DNA of 37,687 bases, taken from NCBI GenBank assembly GCA_033722635.1, contig JAWVYR010000001.1, positions 1 to 37,687 of the forward strand. Direction: 5' to 3'. The notes beneath the pieces are model-generated. The model had not been told where the DNA came from. It searched no databases and saw only the letters and a program-made list of their open reading frames with translations. Shown here in pieces: positions 29,589 through 36,474 of this stretch; the first letter of the stretch is position 1, and every line of letters starts with the position of its first letter. The stretch is from Balneolaceae bacterium. Lineage in GTDB: Bacteria > Bacteroidota > Rhodothermia > Balneolales > Balneolaceae. A program made the translations under genes and the position numbers.

Positions 29589-30023
29589 GGTATTGCGGGA
29601 GAAGACGTGATTGGGTTCGGTGGATAGGTACGTCGACTTATTTGGTGATATTGAGCCGAACTCCCTGACTGTGTTGCCGGGCAATCTTTTAGCAAGATTG
29701 TGAGTCACTGGCTGGGCAGAAAAGAATTCGACGATCGATAATACAGCGGTAACGAGACTGTGCTGTTCAGAGTGAAAAAGTTTTTCCCGATTGGTGTAAC
29801 GACCAAAAATTATTCAAATATTTTAGGCATCTGTTATTTCTTGGCGGTTAATAGCTTACATATTATGAAGATTTATCAAGCTATCCCGAACAATGAATTA
29901 AACTTGCATGTAGTGTTTTTTTTTTTCAACTATGACATAGGAGAATAAGTATAAAAGATTTCAGCAGCAGGAGTTTGGTGAGATTTACGAGAGCGTCAAA
30001 AAAAATGACAATCAGGAAAGAAA

Positions 30024-30986
30024 ATGAGAACTGCAACGATACTGCTGCTGTTGACCGTTACCGCCTGCGAATTGCTGGGCGGAGCCGACGAGGGTCCGCC
30101 TCGTACCATTATATATTCGGCTCAAATTGAAGATGGCACCTTCCAGATCTTTTCGATGCGCGAGGACGGCTCGGGCGTCCGTCAGCTAACCGACGAGGAG
30201 TTCGGATCGACCGAGCCGGCCTGGAGCCCTGATGGGGCCCGCATCGCCTACGCCCGTGGGACCGGCAGCACCGCAGGAAAGGCCCTGTGGGTGATGGATG
30301 CCGACGGGGGCAACAAGCAGCCGCTGGTACTCAACCCCCAAACCGGTAATCCGCAGATGGGCAACCAGCCGGCCTGGAGCCCGGACGGCATGAAGCTGGC
30401 CTTCGACCGATGCCTGAACTGTGAGCTGGGAGGAAAGAATTATGAGGTTTTCGTGGCTGATCTACAAACCGGAACCATTGACACCTTAACCAATCATCCG
30501 GTGGAGGACAGCCACCCCACCTGGAGCCCTGATGGGCAACAGATCGCTTTCACCTCCAACCGTGATTACTTCGATGCGGATACTATGCATTTTAGAGAAG
30601 AAATTTATACAGTGAGCTCCGACGGTACAAAGCTTCAAAGACTCACTGATGCAGGGATTTCCAGAGACCCTATTTGGAATCCAAAAGGGAATACCATTGG
30701 ATTTGGGTCCAACGTTGGCTCATCATTGGGACTATTTCAGGTGGAAGTACAATCTGAGGAAATTTTTGAAATTAAGGTGGATTTTCCTGAGAGATTTCTG
30801 CTGGTACCTATGGCTTGGTCATCAGATGGTCAAAATTTATTGATAATTGCAAGAGATCAATCTACTCCAGAAGATTTTTCTATGTACATAGTTGATACAG
30901 AAAATGGCCAATCAGAATTAATTCCCTTAGAACCGAAATTGATTATAGGCGCCGACTGGTTTACAGATTTTGATAACCAAAATTAA
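30024..30986 (+). CDS. TolB-like (PD40/WD40-like) beta-propeller lipoprotein
   Basis: 320 aa with lipobox LTVTAC. PD40 repeat signatures PAWSPDGARIAY, PAWSPDGMKLAF and PTWSPDGQQIAF, then degenerate PIWNPKGNTIGF and MAWSSDGQNLLI. Confidence 0.75.
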   Translation: MRTATILLLLTVTACELLGGADEGPPRTIIYSAQIEDGTFQIFSMREDGSGVRQLTDEEFGSTEPAWSPDGARIAYARGTGSTAGKALWVMDADGGNKQPLVLNPQTGNPQMGNQPAWSPDGMKLAFDRCLNCELGGKNYEVFVADLQTGTIDTLTNHPVEDSHPTWSPDGQQIAFTSNRDYFDADTMHFREEIYTVSSDGTKLQRLTDAGISRDPIWNPKGNTIGFGSNVGSSLGLFQVEVQSEEIFEIKVDFPERFLLVPMAWSSDGQNLLIIARDQSTPEDFSMYIVDTENGQSELIPLEPKLIIGADWFTDFDNQN

Positions 30987-31180
30987 CAGGAAATAATGAT
31001 AAACGAATATGCTTTCTCATAAAGCATAACTCAAAACCATTAATAAAAGCCCCCGCGGTCGCTCCGCACTTTGCTAAAAGAACAACGGAAGCATTCCTGC
31101 AGGGGCCTGGTGTGTATATGCTCCCGGGTTCGGGAGCATACCGCACCTCCAATATAATCAAATTAGTTGGAGGTTTCATT

Positions 31181-33082
31181 ATGAAACGATTCATTTCACT
31201 ATTTACCCTGCTACTGCTCACCTTAGCAGCCTGCGATTCTCCGGTGAGCCAATTGGGCAGTGACAACAAGACTTCGATTGACAACCCTGAATCCCGGCAT
31301 TCCTATCATTCCTCGTCCGCTCCGGATGACTCTATGCGCCAGGCGCTCTGGCAACAGTTCAAAATCCGGTACGGCCCGGAATGGAGAATCACCTGGGGCG
31401 ACAAGACCGGAACGCCGCGAACGGTGTTTTCCGGAACGACCCAACCTGTTAAGGGCGATCCCGAACAGGCTGCCCGGGAGTTTCTGGCGCAAAACCAATC
31501 TCTGTTTGGTATGCGTAAGGATTTGGCCGATCTGAATCTGATCGAAGTCGATCTTTCTCCCCGTGGTAACCGGCATGTACGCTTTCAGCAGACCTATAAA
31601 GGTACTCCCATATATGATGCTACTTACCAGGTACATATCCGCCCCGATGGACGCATCGATATGGCTAATGGTCACTATTACCCCAACATTGAAGTGTCAA
31701 CCGATCCTTCGGTATCGGCTGCTTCTGCTATACGAACGGTGGAGGCCGACCTGGGGGCTCAGACAATCCTGAAGGAAATTCCTGTAACCGAGCTGATGAT
31801 CTTCCGGAATCCCAAAACAGATGCGTTTGCACTGACCTGGCGGGTTGTGATTGCTGAAAAGGGACTTCATTGGCAGTATTTCATCGACGCTGCCAATGGG
31901 CAGGTCTTGGAAAAGCTGGAAATGTCCACCTCCATTACGGGCGACGGCGATATTATCCAGGAAACCTCCTGCACGACTCCGAACCCGGTAAACAGAGATC
32001 TATTCCGGTTGTTTGGTAATGGATATCTGGAAGGAACTTATGCCAACGTGCATAATGAAGAAACCAGCCGGGCTTTTTCTCAGAATAACAGCTTTCAGTA
32101 TGCTGTGGACAATACTCACTTTGAGGAGGTGAATGTCTATTATCATATCGATACATACCGCCATAACTATTTGGATAACATCGGCTTAGCGGGTGAAAAA
32201 ATCGGCAGCGATCTGGATCTGGAGGCGTTTGTGCATGATCCGATTTATGATGCTAGTTATATTTTTAGCCAGGAAGCTGTTCGCTTCGGTGATCCGCCTG
32301 ATTTTGCCCTTCAGGATGAGGTGATCTATCATGAGTTTGTCCATGCTGCCGCGGATGCAGTAAACGGTAATCACCGCATCGATCCCTGGGATGATGAAGA
32401 AGGAGCGATCGGCGAAGGTACCGCCGATTATTTCCCCGGCTCATTTACAGGCGATGCCCAGATAGGGATTTGTGTGTTGTTCAATCCCCGGGATATGGAA
32501 AATCCTGATATTGCAACCTACGAAGATTATCTGAATAATTTACCTGTAGGTGAACATGAAGGCGGCGAATTCTTTTCAGCCATTTTGTGGGATCTGCGCA
32601 ATTCGGGAGAAATATCATCCCACGACGCCGATGTTATCATCTTTGAGGCGATCCCCCGGTTGTCCGGAGCTCCAGACTTCATCGAATACCGCGATGCCAT
32701 GATGGCGGTAGATTCTGATATCAATTCTGGAATATTTAATGACCTGATTCAAAACACCTTTGCCGATTGGGGCGTTGGAGAACATGTGGTTTATGAAGTC
32801 ACTATCACGGGACCGGGTTCTGTTAACAATGGGGAAAGTGGTACCTGGTATGCGAATTCAGATAATGGTGTTTCTCCATATTCCTATGTATGGTATACCC
32901 GTTCCAGTTCAATGGATCCCTGGACACAGGTAGGTACCGGTTCTTCGTATTCCCAGGCTGTATTAAGTGATTTCGAGTTGAAACTCGAGGGTACAGATGG
33001 AAATAGCGATACGGCCACTGATCTACACTATGTGACAAAGCTGTGTGATCCATGCGACTGGACTTGCCCGTGTTCAAATTAA
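31181..33082 (+). CDS. thermolysin-clan (M4/M36-like) zinc metallopeptidase lipoprotein with propeptide-like N-terminus
   Basis: The ORF track start at 31112 is GTG. The ATG at 31181 is preceded by ggagg and gives MKRFISLFTLLLLTLAAC (lipobox). It has HEFVHA (HExxH) and a downstream Glu ligand context GAIGEGTADYF. It also has GEHEGGEFFSAILWDL, FTP/PepSY-like segments (AAREFLAQNQSLFGM; SAASAIRTVEADLG), a C-terminal PKD-like beta domain and the tail CDPCDWTCPCSN. Confidence 0.75.
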   Translation: MKRFISLFTLLLLTLAACDSPVSQLGSDNKTSIDNPESRHSYHSSSAPDDSMRQALWQQFKIRYGPEWRITWGDKTGTPRTVFSGTTQPVKGDPEQAAREFLAQNQSLFGMRKDLADLNLIEVDLSPRGNRHVRFQQTYKGTPIYDATYQVHIRPDGRIDMANGHYYPNIEVSTDPSVSAASAIRTVEADLGAQTILKEIPVTELMIFRNPKTDAFALTWRVVIAEKGLHWQYFIDAANGQVLEKLEMSTSITGDGDIIQETSCTTPNPVNRDLFRLFGNGYLEGTYANVHNEETSRAFSQNNSFQYAVDNTHFEEVNVYYHIDTYRHNYLDNIGLAGEKIGSDLDLEAFVHDPIYDASYIFSQEAVRFGDPPDFALQDEVIYHEFVHAAADAVNGNHRIDPWDDEEGAIGEGTADYFPGSFTGDAQIGICVLFNPRDMENPDIATYEDYLNNLPVGEHEGGEFFSAILWDLRNSGEISSHDADVIIFEAIPRLSGAPDFIEYRDAMMAVDSDINSGIFNDLIQNTFADWGVGEHVVYEVTITGPGSVNNGESGTWYANSDNGVSPYSYVWYTRSSSMDPWTQVGTGSSYSQAVLSDFELKLEGTDGNSDTATDLHYVTKLCDPCDWTCPCSN

Positions 33083-33101
33083 TTTAATTACAACTGACGG
33101 G

Positions 33102-33353
33102 TCAGGTGGAGATCCAGGGAAACTTCTCCCAGTCCGGGTCCCGTTTTTCCAGGAAGGCGTCCCGCCCCTCCTCGGCCTCCTCGGTCATGTAGGCCAGCCG
33201 GGTCGCTTCGCCCGAGAAGATCTGCTGGCCCACCATCCCGTCGTCCACCAGGTTGAAGGCGTACTTGATCATCCGGATCGCCATCGGGCTCTTGCCCATG
33301 ATCTCCCGGCCCCATTCAAATGCGGTCTCCTCCAGCTCCTCGTGGGGCACCAC
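33102..33353 (-). repeat. direct repeat: 3' end of the intact menB, partner of 29337-29588
   Basis: In a hand alignment at a fixed offset of 3765 nt, I counted 7 mismatches in the first 213 nt. There are perfect runs of 89 nt (29353-29441) and 77 nt (29449-29525). Identity decays over the next ~40 nt. Confidence 0.85.
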
Positions 33354-33944
33354 CGCGTTCACCATCCCCATCTCATAGGCTTCCTGCGCGGAGTAGTTGC
33401 GGCCGAGAAAGAAGATCTCCCGGGCTCGTTTCTGGCCTACCTGGCGGGCCAGCAGGGCGGATCCGTACCCGCCGTCGAAGCTGGCCACATCGGCGTCGGT
33501 CTGCTTGAAGATGGCGTGCTCTTTGCTGGCCAGGGTCAGGTCGCACACCACATGCAGGCTGTGACCCCCGCCTACCGCCCAGCCCGGCACCACGGCGATC
33601 ACCACCTTGGGCATAAAACGGATTAGCCGCTGCAGCTCCAGCACATTCAGCCGGGCGGTTCCCCGGTCATCCTTGTACCCCGACTTATCGCGCACATTCT
33701 GATCGCCCCCCGAGCAGAAAGCGTATTTTCCATCTTTGGGGGAGGGGCCCTCGCCGCTCAGCAGTATGACGCCGATCTCCTGATCCTCCCGGGCGTTCAA
33801 AAAGGCCTCGTACATCTCGAAGAGGGTTTTCGGGCGGAAGGCGTTTCGGATCTTCGGGCGATTAAACGCGATTCGGGCGATACCGTCCGCTTTTTTATAG
33901 GTGATATCCTCGTATTCTTTTACGGTGGTCCAATGGATGCTCAT
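33102..33944 (-). CDS. menB: 1,4-dihydroxy-2-naphthoyl-CoA synthase
   Basis: 280 aa. Crotonase fold with MenB-typical segments FCSGGDQ, VVPGWAVGGGHSLHVVCDLT and DGGYGSALLARQVG. ATGA start/stop overlap with menH. Confidence 0.95.
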   Translation of the reverse strand: MSIHWTTVKEYEDITYKKADGIARIAFNRPKIRNAFRPKTLFEMYEAFLNAREDQEIGVILLSGEGPSPKDGKYAFCSGGDQNVRDKSGYKDDRGTARLNVLELQRLIRFMPKVVIAVVPGWAVGGGHSLHVVCDLTLASKEHAIFKQTDADVASFDGGYGSALLARQVGQKRAREIFFLGRNYSAQEAYEMGMVNAVVPHEELEETAFEWGREIMGKSPMAIRMIKYAFNLVDDGMVGQQIFSGEATRLAYMTEEAEEGRDAFLEKRDPDWEKFPWIST

Positions 33945-34765
33945 ATCGACTGATTGTTTGTTAAAAATGAACGTATGGTGGAAACAAATTCTTCCGGCCT
34001 TTCAATATGCACGCGGTGACCGGTTTTATCCAAAATATTTAATGAACTTTCAGGAATCAGGCGGTGCATCTCTGAAAGGATTGCCCGATATTTCTTATCC
34101 TCCGCACCGCCGATCAGCAGCACCGGAATGGGCAGCGAAGATAGATGACCCTTTACGCCCGGCATGGAGCCGGTGCCGAATCCTCGCAGGCTGGCAGCCA
34201 TATATGTCGGATCTTGATCACGCTGTATCCGGGAATAGGTTTGCAGCAATTCTTCAGCCACGGGAGCCGTGGAGTCAAACAGGGACAGCTCACCCCAACG
34301 ATCCAGGAATACCCCAAAGTTCTTTTCGATCTCTGTCGCCCGCTTCTCATCTGCAGCCATTCGCTGTTCAGCTTCAGCCTGATCCTCGAAGCCCGGGTTG
34401 GCACTTTCCAAAATCAAACCGTCCAGGTAACCGGGATAAGCAACGGCAAATTGAAGGGCCAGCCGCCCACCCATGCTGTACCCGTGGAGAAACAATGCAT
34501 CCGCATCCAGAAAGTGAATGATCTGCCGCAGATCACCGGCCTGCATCGGTGTTCGGTAGCGGTCGGGATCTCGGCTGCCCCCGGTACGGCCGTGACCCAG
34601 CAGGTCGACGGTAACAGGATTGCAAAATTCGGTCAGCTCCTCAATAAGATGGGAAAAAGCATTGGAACTGCCCATAAAACCGTGCAGCAATAACAGGAAT
34701 GGCAGGCCCTCCTGTTGATGGATGGTCAGATGATAGTCGATGCCGTTGCTGGTGAGCTGCATCAT
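33941..34765 (-). CDS. menH: 2-succinyl-6-hydroxy-2,4-cyclohexadiene-1-carboxylate synthase (alpha/beta hydrolase)
   Basis: The maximal ORF reaches the ATG at 34825 but would overlap menD by 64 nt. The ATG at 34765 forms an ATGA overlap with the menD stop. Oxyanion HGFMGS, nucleophile elbow HGYSMGG. Located between menD and menB. Confidence 0.8.
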   Translation of the reverse strand: MMQLTSNGIDYHLTIHQQEGLPFLLLLHGFMGSSNAFSHLIEELTEFCNPVTVDLLGHGRTGGSRDPDRYRTPMQAGDLRQIIHFLDADALFLHGYSMGGRLALQFAVAYPGYLDGLILESANPGFEDQAEAEQRMAADEKRATEIEKNFGVFLDRWGELSLFDSTAPVAEELLQTYSRIQRDQDPTYMAASLRGFGTGSMPGVKGHLSSLPIPVLLIGGAEDKKYRAILSEMHRLIPESSLNILDKTGHRVHIERPEEFVSTIRSFLTNNQSI

Positions 34766-36474
34766 CTGCTCCATTTCCAACAAGCCCGGCGCAGCTCCAT
34801 CGAGGCGTCCGGGTCGGTCCGGCATTCGATGATATGGATGCCCGGTACCTTCCTGAAGGAATCGAGGTTGATATCTCCGAGCTGGGGCTTGCGCTCTATC
34901 CGGTGGTACTGCAGCCCGTGAGCCTCAGACAGTTTTTTGATATCGGCATTTTGCGGCGTCTCAAAATATTTCCGGAAGTAGGCCTGGTGTTCAGCGATGG
35001 GAAGCATCCTGAATATGGTACCGCCCCGGTTGTTCAATATCACCACGACCAGCGGGGCTTTCAGTTTATCGTGATTCAGCAGGGCGTTGGCATCATGGAG
35101 AAATGCCAGGTCCCCGATAAAGAGCAGTCCGGGCTGCCCGGAGTCGATCGTTGCTCCAATCGCCATGGAGGTGATCCCGTCGATGCCGCTGGCTCCACGG
35201 TTCACGTAAACCGGCTGGCCCCCGGGGGATCCGAAAAGGGGATAATCCCTGACGGGAAAAGAGTTGGACAGAAACAGGTTCCAGTGGCCGGGCACCTGCG
35301 TGCTGATTGTATGGAAAACATGGCCGTCCGTGAGCTTATCGGTATCCGCCAGCATTTTTTCCCTGGCGTTAACAAAAGAATCGGATCGTTCAGCCCAGAT
35401 CTTAAGCCATTCGGTATTGTTTGCTCGGGGGATGGTGTCCAGATCGATCGGGCGGTTGTTCCATTCGACCCGGATATCAGTAGAGAAGGTATAATCCTGC
35501 CATTCATCCAGCGAGGAGAAATGTATCTGAACAGCGTCCGAGTTTTCCAGGAGATGGTTCACGATCTTGCTGACCGGTTGCCGGCCGAATCGAAGGATCA
35601 GGTCGGGGGGGTTATCTTTGATGAACGACTTGTCCTGAAGCAGGTTGTCATATCCCGCAATACGGTTTTCCGACAGCGCTGCGATACCGGGATCGGCGAG
35701 CAGCGGGGCACCGATATGCTCCGCCAATTGCAGGGGAGCCTGTTCGTTTTCAAAGGGGTTCAACGGCCCCGCTATAACCAATGCTCTGTCCGACTTCTCC
35801 AGTCGTTCATGTACACTTGGAAAAAGCTTCATCGGCGACCGGTCCCGGTATAATTCAGTATGCTGAATCTGCTCATTATCGAGCGAGAGGTCGATATCGT
35901 TTTTGATCGTTTCTACAAAATGGGGGTCCGGTTCCAGCGGCTTGCGAAAGGGGAAATTGAGATGTACCGGCCCGTTGCGGGCGATCGAGACGGTGAAGGC
36001 CTGGTCTGCAAGCAGTCCCAGCCGTCTAAAATCAGCGGAGTCGGCTACCGGTTCCCCCACCTCATGGAACAGCACCGGATAATCGCCATAGAGTTTTAAC
36101 TGGTCGATCGACTGGGACGTCCCGATTTCCCTGTGCATCGGAGGCCGGTCGGCGGTAGCTACGATCATCGCTACACCCGACTTACGGGCCTCGATCACCG
36201 CCGGGTGGTAGTTAGCGGCAGCGGTGCCCGAGGTACAGATAAGCAGAGCGGGCTTCCCGGAGCTCTTTCCGATTCCCAGGGCGGTGAATGCAGCCGACCG
36301 CTCATCCAGGGTCACATGATCGTGCATTCCCTTGTGAACCGCAGAGGCAAGGGTCAGGGGGCTAGAGCGGGACCCCGGGGAGAGGATCACATGCCGAAGG
36401 CCGCACCGGTGTAGTTCGCGTATAAAAATGCTGGACCAGTAAAACGCGAGATTGTTGGGTGAGATCTCATCCAT
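34762..36474 (-). CDS. menD: 2-succinyl-5-enolpyruvyl-6-hydroxy-3-cyclohexene-1-carboxylate synthase
   Basis: 570 aa. ThDP enzyme with N-terminal SPGSRSSPL and a ThDP-binding motif GDLAFLHD...NNRGGTIF. Overlaps the menF stop by 8 nt. Confidence 0.93.
   Translation of the reverse strand: MDEISPNNLAFYWSSIFIRELHRCGLRHVILSPGSRSSPLTLASAVHKGMHDHVTLDERSAAFTALGIGKSSGKPALLICTSGTAAANYHPAVIEARKSGVAMIVATADRPPMHREIGTSQSIDQLKLYGDYPVLFHEVGEPVADSADFRRLGLLADQAFTVSIARNGPVHLNFPFRKPLEPDPHFVETIKNDIDLSLDNEQIQHTELYRDRSPMKLFPSVHERLEKSDRALVIAGPLNPFENEQAPLQLAEHIGAPLLADPGIAALSENRIAGYDNLLQDKSFIKDNPPDLILRFGRQPVSKIVNHLLENSDAVQIHFSSLDEWQDYTFSTDIRVEWNNRPIDLDTIPRANNTEWLKIWAERSDSFVNAREKMLADTDKLTDGHVFHTISTQVPGHWNLFLSNSFPVRDYPLFGSPGGQPVYVNRGASGIDGITSMAIGATIDSGQPGLLFIGDLAFLHDANALLNHDKLKAPLVVVILNNRGGTIFRMLPIAEHQAYFRKYFETPQNADIKKLSEAHGLQYHRIERKPQLGDINLDSFRKVPGIHIIECRTDPDASMELRRACWKWSR

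Larger units (their letters stand above)
29589..33101. mobile_element. putative integrase-less genomic islet inserted at the menB 3' end
   Basis: Bounded by direct repeats of the menB 3' end (29337-29588 and 33102-33353, offset 3765 nt). Hand-counted GC is about 30% at 29821-29880, 32-38% at 30781-30900 and 47-48% in the peptidase gene, against about 57% in menB. Carries two lipoprotein genes. No recombinase gene seen. Confidence 0.45.

Noticed and set aside
29760-29948. A 62-aa ORF in the AT-rich islet leader.
   Set aside because: Composition is ~30% GC. The product is hydrophobic and low-complexity (…VVFFFFNYDIGE, partly translated from the T11 tract), with no motif. It is most likely non-coding.
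31112-31180. The upstream GTG start proposed by the ORF track for the metallopeptidase.
   Set aside because: The extension (MYMLPGSGAYRTSNIIKLVGGFI) precedes a canonical lipoprotein signal that begins at the ATG at 31181, which has a ggagg just upstream. The extension also spans a perfect 9-bp hairpin (31117-31140).
28468-33353. The repeat pairs as a diversity-generating retroelement (TR/VR).
   Set aside because: Mismatches between copies are not adenine-specific: they include t/c, t/g, c/g, c/t and g/c. No reverse transcriptase gene is present. The menB repeat differences are synonymous rather than diversifying.
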